From Chloroflexota bacterium (GTDB lineage: Bacteria > Chloroflexota > Dehalococcoidia > Lucifugimonadales > JADFKI01), in NCBI GenBank assembly GCA_027623195.1, contig JAQBUT010000016.1:18697-82696 (forward strand): a stretch of DNA of 64,000 bases. Reading direction: 5' to 3'. Both the position numbers and the translations under genes were made by a program. Below are positions 37,850 to 47,255 of the stretch, piece after piece (positions within the stretch are counted from its first letter, which is position 1; the number at the start of each line of letters is the position of its first letter). Under the pieces are notes generated by a model. That model was not told the origin of the DNA and ran no database searches. It was given only the letters and a program-made list of their open reading frames with translations.

Positions 37850-37867
37850 CCAGGTGAATTCACCTGG
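37850..37867. promoter_or_regulatory. perfect 18-bp palindrome in a divergent promoter region
   Basis: CCAGGTGAATTCACCTGG, 8 bp upstream of TATAAT (37876-37881). Confidence 0.5.
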
Positions 37868-37922
37868 AATATATGTATAATGCTAGTTAAATTTTATTTG
37901 AATAAACTATAAGCCACATATT

Positions 37923-38834
37923 ATGACAGAAACGAATTTTCACCAGCTACTTATCTTCCATTCCGTCGCCAGATTGGGAAGCTTCTCGAAAGCTGCCAAC
38001 GAGCTCTCTATCAGTCAACCTGCGGTTTCTATCCAGGTCAGAGAGTTGGAAACAACGCTGGGAGCGCCGCTTATCCACCGGCTGCGTCGCGGTTTGCAGC
38101 TCACAGACACAGGTACAGCAGTATTCGGCTACACACAACGGATATTCGCCTTGTCCGAGGAGATGCGCAGCGCCGTACAGGATATTCAGGGATTGAAGGC
38201 GGGACGGCTGACCATAGGCTCATCCTCTACCCCCGGCGAGTACATACTTCCCTGGGCTATTGGTAAGTTTCGTAGGCAATATCCTGGTGTCGAGGTTTCT
38301 CTGGCAATAACGAACACCCAGTCCATCGTGGAGCGTATCGTTAACCACGAATTGGACCTGGGAATGGCCGGCGCTACCGTTAACCTGCAAGGGTTGGCGT
38401 CCTTCCCCTACGTCGAAGATGAGATCGTCGTCATAGCCTCGCCGGACCATCCCCTAGCCAAGATCGACGAGGTCTCTTTGCAAGACCTGGATGGCGAGGA
38501 ATTCATCTTAAGAGAAGAGGGGTCAGCTACGCGGAGTACTGCCGAGGAATGCCTCAAAGACGGCGGCATTACGGTAAAAGTCAACATGGAACTAGGTAGC
38601 AACGAAGCCGTGAAAAGAGCTGTGGCCGCCGGGCTTGGTCTGGGTATTATTTCCAAATTCGCAGTAGAGCCGGATACCTTGGCTGGCTTTTTGACAGTTG
38701 TCGATGTGAAGGGATGGGATTGCCGAAGACCTCTGACCGTGTTCCATCGCAACGACCGAAATTTGCCACCCGCGCAAAAGGCCTTTCTTACCTTTCTCCA
38801 AGAACAAAAACCCCTGCCTTGGGATGCCTCCTGA
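37923..38834 (+). CDS. LysR-family regulator (CysL/CbbR-like)
   Basis: SFSKAA..L.ISQPAVS, REEGSATR, GSNEAVK. Confidence 0.93.
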   Translation: MTETNFHQLLIFHSVARLGSFSKAANELSISQPAVSIQVRELETTLGAPLIHRLRRGLQLTDTGTAVFGYTQRIFALSEEMRSAVQDIQGLKAGRLTIGSSSTPGEYILPWAIGKFRRQYPGVEVSLAITNTQSIVERIVNHELDLGMAGATVNLQGLASFPYVEDEIVVIASPDHPLAKIDEVSLQDLDGEEFILREEGSATRSTAEECLKDGGITVKVNMELGSNEAVKRAVAAGLGLGIISKFAVEPDTLAGFLTVVDVKGWDCRRPLTVFHRNDRNLPPAQKAFLTFLQEQKPLPWDAS

Positions 38835-39034
38835 GAACTTTTTCGTTCGTTTACAGTACAGCCGCACTGTTAAATAGGTCCCCCATACGTTGATATTACA
38901 TATACGAGATGCTTCGAATATCGCAGAAAATCGGACGGATCGCATTCGACTACTGTGAGCCCTGTTGGTTATAATAAGGGCAAGTTCAAAGTAAGAAACT
39001 GGCAATTTAGAAAGTACTACGGGAGATGTTGTAG

Positions 39035-39628
39035 ATGATGCTGCCACCTAGTTCAGATCTAGCCTTGAAGGAGTGGGCGGTTGCTGTCAAAGCCCTGTCG
39101 GAGGGTAAGCAGATACTCATTCTCCGCAAGGGCGGAATACACATCGACGATAAAGAATTTCGAGTCGTCCATCCTGAATTCTTGCTCTACCCGACTTACG
39201 AACATCAAAACGCTGAACTGATAATGCCGGAATATCAGGCCGATCTGCAGCAGACGTTGGATGAAAACGATGTTCCGGGTCTGGTCACACTTGGATACTG
39301 GTGTCAGGTAACCGACAAATTCCAGGTCAGCGAGCAGGACTTACTAGATGACGTGGCCCCGTACCACATTTGGACCAAGGACTATGCTAATAAGCGTTTG
39401 AACTGGCGGCCAAAGCAGCCCGTCACGATAGCTCTTCTACGCGTGTACGAACTGCAGCAGCCCCAGGCACTACCGGTACTGGCCGAATACGGAGGATGCA
39501 AGTCCTGGGTTGAGTTGGGCCAGGATGTTCCTCTGAGCGTCATGGTGCCCGTGCTCTCGGACCAGGCCTACGAAGATCGTGCCGAAGTATTAAGACAGGT
39601 ACTCGGCGGCGCGCCGATGGCGGTCTAG
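39035..39628 (+). CDS. DUF1802 family protein
   Basis: ALKEW, LRKGGI, LYPTYEHQ, YGGCKSW. Confidence 0.88.
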   Translation: MMLPPSSDLALKEWAVAVKALSEGKQILILRKGGIHIDDKEFRVVHPEFLLYPTYEHQNAELIMPEYQADLQQTLDENDVPGLVTLGYWCQVTDKFQVSEQDLLDDVAPYHIWTKDYANKRLNWRPKQPVTIALLRVYELQQPQALPVLAEYGGCKSWVELGQDVPLSVMVPVLSDQAYEDRAEVLRQVLGGAPMAV

Positions 39629-39674
39629 TCTTCTCACTAAGATTTAACTTTCATTTTGTATAAGGCAGGCAAGT

Positions 39675-40682
39675 GTGAAATATAGGCAGCTGGGAACTAC
39701 TGACCTCAACGTTTCCGAAGTCGGTTTTGGCGTCTGGACGGTCGCCACCAATTGGTGGGGAAAAATTGAAGAGGACCAGGGCATAAACCTTCTTACCAAG
39801 GCAATGGACCTTGGCGTTAACTTCTTCGACACAGGGGACACGTACGGCGAAGGCTACGGCGAGGAGATCCTGGCCAAGGCATTGGGCAAGCACCGCCACG
39901 AGGTCATTATAGGAACCAAGTTTGGCTATGACTTTTACACTAATGTAGAACGGGAAGGCCACACGGAGCGCCCGCAGAAGTGGACACCGGAGTTTGTGCG
40001 TTTCGCTTGCGAGCAGAGCCTGCGACGCCTGAACACGGATTACATTGACCTTTATCAGCTTCACAACCCGAAGATGGACGCCATCGAAAATGATGAGCTT
40101 TTCGGCACCCTGGACGAGCTAGTTCAAGAAGGCAAGATACTTAACTACGGCTTTGCCATCGGCCCGGACATTGGCTGGGAGGAAGAGGGCGAAGCTGCCT
40201 TGTCGGGTCGGCATGCCAAGGCCATGCAGATCATTTACAGCATTCTGGAGCAGGAGCCTACTCGAAAATGGTTCCCCTCGGCGGAGCGGGAAAAGACTGG
40301 CTTTATAACCAGGGTGCCCCATGCGTCAGGCATGTTGGACGGCACATACAACAAGGACACGATATTCGAGCAGAGCGACCATCGAAGTCATCGCAGGCAG
40401 GTCTGGCTGAATAACTCGTTGAAGAAGATCGGCCAACTCGATTTCCTAATGCAGAACATGGATTCCACAATAGGGCAGCTTGCGATCAAATTCGCGTTGT
40501 CCGGCCCGATGGTGGCGTCGGTGCTGCCGAACTTTACGAACATTCCTCAGCTAGAGGAGTTCACTGCGATGTCCGAAACGCCCGATATCCCTCAGGAGTT
40601 CCTGGACCGAATCGTGGAGCTCTACGACGAGAATTTCTACGTCGTAGACGAACTGGTCGAGGAGTCTTCCGTAGCCGGGTGA
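39675..40682 (+). CDS. aldo/keto reductase
   Basis: FFDTGDTYG, TKFG, SLRRLNTDYIDLYQLH. Confidence 0.93.
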   Translation: MKYRQLGTTDLNVSEVGFGVWTVATNWWGKIEEDQGINLLTKAMDLGVNFFDTGDTYGEGYGEEILAKALGKHRHEVIIGTKFGYDFYTNVEREGHTERPQKWTPEFVRFACEQSLRRLNTDYIDLYQLHNPKMDAIENDELFGTLDELVQEGKILNYGFAIGPDIGWEEEGEAALSGRHAKAMQIIYSILEQEPTRKWFPSAEREKTGFITRVPHASGMLDGTYNKDTIFEQSDHRSHRRQVWLNNSLKKIGQLDFLMQNMDSTIGQLAIKFALSGPMVASVLPNFTNIPQLEEFTAMSETPDIPQEFLDRIVELYDENFYVVDELVEESSVAG

Positions 40683-41431
40683 TCGTCGACTACTGAATCC
40701 TGTGCATTTTTAGATTCGGTTTGTCCGATCACAGGCCGTGCACCATGTTCATCTACGGGCCTATCATGCATCTGCCCCGAAACCGGACTTGCTGGTGAGA
40801 CGAACTCGCGCTCGTCATATGGCGCTGCAATAGGAGCAGTCGGGATGTTCCGAGCAGACTGCGGCACTATCAGTCCGTTTCTCTGATTGGTGTTTGGGGC
40901 ACCATTCCCCCCTCGATTGTTGGCCTGCCTTGGATCGCCACCGCGCCCGCTGTCTGGAACGTTACGAAGTGGCCTGTTCCGTTTCGGACCTACAAACCGG
41001 TTCATCTCCGCTTCGATAAGCCGAAAGTCTTTTTGTGGAATAAGGTGCAGGCTATCGAAAAAAGCCAGAGGCCAGTCTTCCGGCGCCCACCGTTTGACGT
41101 ATTCCAGGCGTGGGGCCAGCATTAGCGCATCTATATAATCTTCTTCATCTAGGACGATCTCCGGCTTGGTCTTGACCCTGAAAGGGTATACTTCTTCCCT
41201 ACCATTTACGTTCCAGATAGGGCTGCGGTCCTCGAAAAATAGCGAGGTTATTGTGGCCGTAGCGGTCCACTTACGAAGACCTTTGACGTAGAAGAGCATT
41301 CGATCGTCAGGCTGCATGCGCTGCGCGCGGCGGCGGTACTTTCCTCGAACGCCGTATACCGTAAAGCCATGTTCCTTGGTTACTTCAAAGTCTTCTGGAG
41401 ATGCAACCATCATCCAGTAGTTTTTGCCCAT
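40637..41431 (-). CDS. EVE-domain protein with long low-complexity C-terminal tail
   Basis: NYW, MQPDDRMLFY, YPFRVK, DFRLIE; start moved to ATG 41431. Confidence 0.75.
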   Translation of the reverse strand: MGKNYWMMVASPEDFEVTKEHGFTVYGVRGKYRRRAQRMQPDDRMLFYVKGLRKWTATATITSLFFEDRSPIWNVNGREEVYPFRVKTKPEIVLDEEDYIDALMLAPRLEYVKRWAPEDWPLAFFDSLHLIPQKDFRLIEAEMNRFVGPKRNRPLRNVPDSGRGGDPRQANNRGGNGAPNTNQRNGLIVPQSARNIPTAPIAAPYDEREFVSPASPVSGQMHDRPVDEHGARPVIGQTESKNAQDSVVDDHPATEDSSTSSSTT

Positions 41432-41899
41432 TTGTATCTCTTTCCATTTCAACAGAGCCTTTATGTCATATTTTACCACTTATCGAAGGTCATGAACCCT
41501 AGTGCACGACATCTATTACGCAATCTCTGCGAACTATCGAGGCGGGTGCGTAAAAATCACTCCTGTTCTTCAACTTAGCATCTCATATTCATCCAAGACT
41601 GGTTAGGGCAGTAAAGTAAAGGAACACCGATGACATGTAATGTATATAAGCTTGCTGATGAGTAAATTAGAAAAACGCTAAATCAAGTTACTTGGGGTTG
41701 GAGATGTATCGTTTTTATATGAATCCATGATGGACTACGGCAACACCGCGACAAGACGCCAACATGCGACGAATTGGCCTAGATGGCGGGGGAGATCAGC
41801 AATCGTAATCGACATCGACCCGTATGGTCGGCAGTCACCTCACCTAAGCAGTCACCTTCCATGCGCCGCATAAACATGTGATTGCAGGTGTATACGCCG

Positions 41900-41929
41900 T
41901 TGACATTAGTTCGATTTCAATGCTACTGT
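41900..41929 (+). promoter_or_regulatory. putative sigma70 promoter giving a ~230-nt leader before the PIN/TRAM gene
   Basis: TTGACA, 18 nt ending TGC, TACTGT. Confidence 0.5.
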
Positions 41930-42000
41930 GAAGGTGTGAGATAGCGCATATTTGGATTACATAAAAACGGGTGGGCTACTACTGGTCGGCATGCCAAATT

Positions 42001-42156
42001 TCCCTGGATGGGGGCATGTGAATTGTTTGACCCTGGTCCGACCAAGACCGGCAGGTCCGATCTAGAAGGTTATATGAATGCACAGGGATAGGTTAATTCC
42101 CCCTTTCCCTGATATTCATCGGACACCTAATACGTTTGGTTCGCAGGCCGGTTTTT
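42001..42156 (+). ncRNA. candidate structured RNA or leader, family unassigned
   Basis: Nested stems ACCGGC/GCCGGT, GTCCGA/TCGGAC, TGAAT/ATTCA, CAGGGA/TCCCTG plus a competing fold. Confidence 0.35.
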
Positions 42157-42167
42157 GAGGCGTTGAA

Positions 42168-43205
42168 ATGGTTACGGAAATTATAGCCCGTCTTATTGGT
42201 GGGGCTATCCTGGCCACCGGTGGATGGAGGCTAGGTGAATACATCAGCCAAGTCTGGGGACCTGAGTTGTACGTGCCCTGGGTTTTGGGCCTTACGATTC
42301 TTGGCCTGGTCCTGGGTCTTTTGGCTACCCCGTACCTGTCGGTTCGATTCGCCCACAACCTTGTTTTACAGATTGAAAGCATTCCCACATCGCGGCTGCT
42401 GTCCACCATACTCGGCGGCGTGCTGGGGCTTCTAGTCGCCCTCCTTCTCTCCATTCCTCTCTCTCGGGTCCCCGGCTGGTTGGGCCTGGGGTTACCGGTT
42501 GCTCTGAGCGTGCTACTTGCCTATGTAGGGGGATTCCTGCTTTCCAGGGGCGAGCGCGATGTCTTTGCTCACCTTTTGCCCAGCGATTTAAGCACGAACG
42601 GAAGTGGCGGGGGCAACATATTGCTGGACACGAGCGCCATCATTGATGGTCGCATCGCCGACGTAACACAAACCGGCTTCCTGAGAGGCACCATCGTAAT
42701 TCCCAGCTTCATTCTGGATGAATTAAGGCACATTGCCGACTCCAGCGACTCGTTAAGACGCGCTCGGGGACGCAGGGGCCTTGAGATGCTGAACAGGCTG
42801 CGCCAGGAGACGGAGATTCCCGTTAGAGTCCTCGACATCGCCATTCGTGATGGGCTGGAGGTTGACGCCATGCTGGTGGACGTGGCAAAGGAAATGAACG
42901 GCTCCATCGTTACAACCGACTATAACCTGAATCGGGTGGCGCAAATTCACGGCGTCCCAGTACTGAACGTGAACGAACTGTCCAATTCTCTTAAGCCTGT
43001 GGTTTTGCCAGGGGAGGGAATGACCGTACGTGTTATTCAGGAAGGCAAGGAGCCTGGTCAGGGCGTGGGCTTCCTGGACGACGGCACTATGGTGGTCATC
43101 GAGGGCGGCAACAGGTTCGTAAATCGCGACCTGGAGGTGCTGGTGACGCGAATGCTCCAGACCTCCACGGGCAGCATTGTTTTCGCTCAGCCAAAACGAG
43201 GCTGA
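42168..43205 (+). CDS. membrane PIN/TRAM domain protein (YacL-like)
   Basis: N-terminal TMs, LDTSAIIDGRI, RGRRGL, TTDYNL, GFLDDGTMVV. Confidence 0.93.
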   Translation: MVTEIIARLIGGAILATGGWRLGEYISQVWGPELYVPWVLGLTILGLVLGLLATPYLSVRFAHNLVLQIESIPTSRLLSTILGGVLGLLVALLLSIPLSRVPGWLGLGLPVALSVLLAYVGGFLLSRGERDVFAHLLPSDLSTNGSGGGNILLDTSAIIDGRIADVTQTGFLRGTIVIPSFILDELRHIADSSDSLRRARGRRGLEMLNRLRQETEIPVRVLDIAIRDGLEVDAMLVDVAKEMNGSIVTTDYNLNRVAQIHGVPVLNVNELSNSLKPVVLPGEGMTVRVIQEGKEPGQGVGFLDDGTMVVIEGGNRFVNRDLEVLVTRMLQTSTGSIVFAQPKRG

Positions 43206-43210
43206 TTTAT

Positions 43211-43948
43211 TTGACAAATTCGTCAAACCATATAGTTCATAATGGCCCCCGCTCCCGAGTGGGGGCCATTGTTGTCGCTGCAGGCGAGAGCCGTCGAATG
43301 GGCGACGTCGACAAGATATTTACAGAGCTAGGCGGCAGGCCTCTCGTTCTCCACAGTTTGGATATTCTACAGGGCTGTCATAGCGTTACCGATATCGTTC
43401 TTGTTACCTCCCAGGGACGTCTTTCCGAAGCAATGGCCCTTGTTGCCTCGCATAGCCTACCCAAAGTGCGGGCGGTCTGTGCGGGCGGGAAAAGACGTCA
43501 GGACTCGGTCCAGAATGGTCTGGAGGCGCTGAGCGACTGCGATTGGATCATTGTTCAGGATGGGGCCAGGCCGTTCATTCAGCGACATATGGTCGAATTT
43601 GGACTGCTTGAGGCGAGACGCACTGGGGCAGCCGTTGCCGCCGTTCCGGTCAAGGACACTATCAAAACGGCCGACGCTCAGGGATACGTTCTTACGACAG
43701 TCCCAAGGGACGGGCTTTGGATTATCCAGACGCCCCAGGTGTTTCGTCGAGACCTGTTGCAACAGGCGCACCATGAGGTAATCGACGAGGTTACTGATGA
43801 CGCAGCCATGGTGGAGCGTATCGGGGGCGAGGTGAAGGTTTTCGCCGGGTCTTACAGCAATATTAAGATTACAACGCCAGAAGACCTCCCTGTGGCTGAG
43901 GCTATTTTGCGGTCGCTCACAGAAACAAACCCAGAGGCCGCCCAGTGA
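43211..43948 (+). CDS. ispD: 2-C-methyl-D-erythritol 4-phosphate cytidylyltransferase
   Basis: AAGESRRM, GG.RQDSV, DGARP, DTIK, QTPQ, NIKITT. Confidence 0.95.
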   Translation: MTNSSNHIVHNGPRSRVGAIVVAAGESRRMGDVDKIFTELGGRPLVLHSLDILQGCHSVTDIVLVTSQGRLSEAMALVASHSLPKVRAVCAGGKRRQDSVQNGLEALSDCDWIIVQDGARPFIQRHMVEFGLLEARRTGAAVAAVPVKDTIKTADAQGYVLTTVPRDGLWIIQTPQVFRRDLLQQAHHEVIDEVTDDAAMVERIGGEVKVFAGSYSNIKITTPEDLPVAEAILRSLTETNPEAAQ

Positions 43949-44427
43949 CGCAACGAACAGGCATTGGAATTGACGTTCATCCGCTGGTGGAGGGTCGAGA
44001 GCTTGTGCTCGGTGGCGTGGTCATTCCATTCGAGAAGGGCCTCGATGGCAACAGCGACGCCGACGTGCTGATTCATGCCGTTATAGACGCAATGTTGGGC
44101 GCGGCCGCTTTGGGCGATATCGGAACCCACTTCCCGCCGGGTGACGAGCGTTACCTCGGAATAGCCAGTGGAGTACTCCTCACGGAAACCCAAAAGATGC
44201 TGAAGGCGGCTCTCTGGCGTGTCGAATATGTTGATGCTACAATACTTGCCGAGCGTCCCATACTCAGGCCGTTTATGCCCCAGATGAAGCTGTCTATGGC
44301 CAAATTGCTGGGTCTGAGTGAGGATTCGCTGAATCTAAAGGCCACGACCACAGACGGCCTCGGTTTCATCGGTAGAGGCGAGGGAATATCCTGTACGGCC
44401 GTGGCAACAATTACGCGAATCGAATGA
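43945..44427 (+). CDS. ispF: 2-C-methyl-D-erythritol 2,4-cyclodiphosphate synthase
   Basis: GIDVH, SDADVLIHA, GDIGTHFP, KATT. Confidence 0.95.
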   Translation: MTQRTGIGIDVHPLVEGRELVLGGVVIPFEKGLDGNSDADVLIHAVIDAMLGAAALGDIGTHFPPGDERYLGIASGVLLTETQKMLKAALWRVEYVDATILAERPILRPFMPQMKLSMAKLLGLSEDSLNLKATTTDGLGFIGRGEGISCTAVATITRIE

Positions 44428-45788
44428 AACTTTACAACACGCTTACTGGAGAAAAAGAGGAATTCACCACCGCGGACGGCAAGGTACGGATGTACGTTTG
44501 CGGCATCACTCCTTACTCCTCTTCTCACATCGGCCACGCAATGTTCTCTGTGGTTTTCGACGTGGTCCGCCGCTATATGGAGCATAAAGGCTTCAAGATA
44601 AAGCACGTCCAAAACTTCACCGATATCGATGACAAGATGATAGCCGCCGCCAATAGCCGTGGTATTACTGTCGAGGAGTTGGCGGAGGAAAACATCCAGC
44701 AATATCTGGAGGAGACGGACGCGCTGAACATCCGCAGGGCACACCAGTACCCTCGGGCCACCAAGGAAATTCCCAAGATCATCAGTATGATTAAGGGTCT
44801 GGAAGACGGAGGCTATGCCTATTCCACCAGCGGCGACGTATACTTCCGCGTCAACCGCGACGAGGACTACGGCAAGCTGAGTGGTCGCAACGCCGAAGAC
44901 CTTCTGGCTGGGGCCAGGGTGGAGCTCGGCGAGATAAAAGAGGACCCTCGTGACTTCGCGCTTTGGAAGACACAGAAGCCTGGCGAGCCTGCGTGGGACA
45001 GTCCGTGGGGCCCCGGCAGGCCGGGCTGGCACATTGAGTGCAGCGCCATGTCCATGAAGTATCTCGGAGAGACCATTGATATTCACGGCGGCGGACAGGA
45101 TCTCATCTTTCCACACCATGAAAACGAAATAGCCCAGAGCGAGTCCTTCACCTCCAGCGAACCCTTTGCCCGATTCTGGATGCACAACGGCCTTCTGAGT
45201 ATCGGCGAAGATAAGATGAGTAAGTCTATAGGCAATGTCATCTCCGTGCGGCAGGCGCTAGACCAGTTCTCACCTGCGGCCTTGAGACTATTCTTCCTCA
45301 GCTCTCATTACCGCAACCCGCTGGTATACAGCGAGCAGAACATAGCGGCACAGGAACGCGCCATAGAGCGACTGCGCTACGCAGCCAAAGATGAAGGCGA
45401 CTCTGCGCAAGGCGAGGCTATTCACGCTGAGTCCTACCAAACCCGATTCACTGAGGCTATGGACGACGATCTGAACACTCCCAGGGCGCTGGCGGTGCTG
45501 TTCGATCTGTCGCACGACATTAATCGTGGCAGGGAAGAAGGCAAAGACGTCTCCCCTGCCCGCAAAGGACTTCGCGAAATGGCAGATATCTTGGGCATAG
45601 ATCTTTCGGAACCCGACGCAAAATCAGGCGGCGACGCGGCTCCCTTTGTTGACTTGTTAATTGAAATTCGATCTCAATTAAGAGCAGCCAAACAGTTTGA
45701 GATTTCCGACCAGATACGCGACAAGCTGGCAGCGTTGGGCGTCACACTGGAAGACTCTGCCGGCGGAACTGGATGGAAGATAGGCTAG
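44424..45788 (+). CDS. cysS: cysteine--tRNA ligase
   Basis: YVCG, HIGH, GRPGWHIEC, FPHHENE, KMSKS. Confidence 0.97.
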   Translation: MKLYNTLTGEKEEFTTADGKVRMYVCGITPYSSSHIGHAMFSVVFDVVRRYMEHKGFKIKHVQNFTDIDDKMIAAANSRGITVEELAEENIQQYLEETDALNIRRAHQYPRATKEIPKIISMIKGLEDGGYAYSTSGDVYFRVNRDEDYGKLSGRNAEDLLAGARVELGEIKEDPRDFALWKTQKPGEPAWDSPWGPGRPGWHIECSAMSMKYLGETIDIHGGGQDLIFPHHENEIAQSESFTSSEPFARFWMHNGLLSIGEDKMSKSIGNVISVRQALDQFSPAALRLFFLSSHYRNPLVYSEQNIAAQERAIERLRYAAKDEGDSAQGEAIHAESYQTRFTEAMDDDLNTPRALAVLFDLSHDINRGREEGKDVSPARKGLREMADILGIDLSEPDAKSGGDAAPFVDLLIEIRSQLRAAKQFEISDQIRDKLAALGVTLEDSAGGTGWKIG

Positions 45789-45837
45789 CAGCCGTAGCGA
45801 ACGTCCGCATAAATCGAACCCTCATTGCAGGCACACC

Positions 45838-47253
45838 ATGAACAGTACCCTCGGAGCAGACCTTGCACGCCTTGTCGGGGCTGGCTGCGTCTCCACGGAT
45901 AGAGGGCAGATCGACCGATACTCCGGCGATGCGCTAGGCGTTTACCGTGCATTTAGGGCTGCACACCGCCTTGAGGCTAACCCTGGCGCAGTCGCTTGGC
46001 CTACCTCGGCGCAGCACGTATCAGCCATTCTAAAGTACGCTCAGGCCCACCAGGTACCAGTTGTGCCATATGGCGGGGGCACTGGAGTTATGGGCGCTGC
46101 TACATCAATGGACGAGTGCATCATCCTTAACCTGCAACGCATGAACGTCGTAGTTGACGTTAGGAGCCAGGACATGGTTGCCCGGTTGCAGCCTGGGGTT
46201 GTTTTGGAGGACGCTAACGTCGCCTTCAATAAACAGGGCCTGCTAATGGGGCACGACCCGTGGAGCAGACCAATTGCCACTGTGGGAGGGGCTATCTCCA
46301 CGAACGGCATGGGGTATCTCGCTGCCAAGTACGGCTCCATGGGCGAGCAGGTTCTAGGGCTTGAAGCAGTCCTACCGGATGGGGAAATTGTCCGGACCAA
46401 CGGCATACCTAAGCCGTCCTATGGACCGTCACTGAATAGTCTCTTGATAGGAACGGAGGGAACACTAGGAGTCGTAACGGAGGCGACCCTGAGGGCCTTT
46501 CCCCTACCGGAGAAGCAACTGATTCTCGGGGTAGACTTCCCTGATTTTGAATCCGGATTCCACGCTGTGGCTCAGTTGTACGCCGAGGGCGTTAGGCCTG
46601 CCATGGTGGACTACGGTGAGGAGTTCTGGCCGGAAAACAGCGATAGCCAGGACTGCGCCACACTGTACTTGGCGTTCCAAGGATTTCGAGAGGACGTGGA
46701 TGCCCACCTGACGCGCTCCCAGGATATTTGCGGGCGGTTCGGCGGTAGTCCCGGAGACCAGCAAGAGGCGCAGGAGTTCTGGGACACCAGGCACTCGTCG
46801 GGTGAGCGATATCGGCAAGAGGTATTGCTAAGTGACGATCCTGCCAAGGCAAGGCGAGACCGGTCCTCCTACCGCATGGACTACCTGCACGTTGCGCTGC
46901 CAATTTCACAGGTGCTGGCCTACCGCAAGAAATGCCAAAGCATCTTTCAGGACACCAACGTCATCGTCCGGGAGTGGTCGCTATGGGCTAGGCCAGAGTT
47001 CTTCTCGTTTCTCATTGCCCGTGAGAACGAGGAACATTCGAATGGAAACGCGCCTGAAATGGCTGATGTGGTCGATCAGGTATTGAATCTTGCGCAGCAA
47101 ATGGGTGGTTCCATGGAGTATTGCCACGGCGTTGGCGTCAAGCTAGCTCATCTGATGGGTGACGAGTTGGGCAATAGCCTGAATGTTGCGCAGGCAATCA
47201 AGAGGACGCTGGACCCGAACCTTATCCTCAACCCGGGAAAACTGCTGGGCTAG
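45838..47253 (+). CDS. FAD-binding oxidoreductase (VAO/PCMH fold; GlcD/alkyl-DHAP synthase-like)
   Basis: PYGGGTG, TVGG, GTEGTLG, HGVG, DP..ILNPGK. Confidence 0.88.
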   Translation: MNSTLGADLARLVGAGCVSTDRGQIDRYSGDALGVYRAFRAAHRLEANPGAVAWPTSAQHVSAILKYAQAHQVPVVPYGGGTGVMGAATSMDECIILNLQRMNVVVDVRSQDMVARLQPGVVLEDANVAFNKQGLLMGHDPWSRPIATVGGAISTNGMGYLAAKYGSMGEQVLGLEAVLPDGEIVRTNGIPKPSYGPSLNSLLIGTEGTLGVVTEATLRAFPLPEKQLILGVDFPDFESGFHAVAQLYAEGVRPAMVDYGEEFWPENSDSQDCATLYLAFQGFREDVDAHLTRSQDICGRFGGSPGDQQEAQEFWDTRHSSGERYRQEVLLSDDPAKARRDRSSYRMDYLHVALPISQVLAYRKKCQSIFQDTNVIVREWSLWARPEFFSFLIARENEEHSNGNAPEMADVVDQVLNLAQQMGGSMEYCHGVGVKLAHLMGDELGNSLNVAQAIKRTLDPNLILNPGKLLG

Positions 47254-47255
47254 AA

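Noticed and set aside
41960..42070. T-box (cysS downstream) or SRP RNA (CAGGTCCG)
   Set aside because: No GGTGGNACC T-box sequence, and the SRP GGAAGGAAGCAG continuation is absent
45838..47253. Alkyl-DHAP synthase (ether lipid synthesis)
   Set aside because: Fold family fits, but the HHH motif reads YCH; cannot go beyond FAD-linked oxidase
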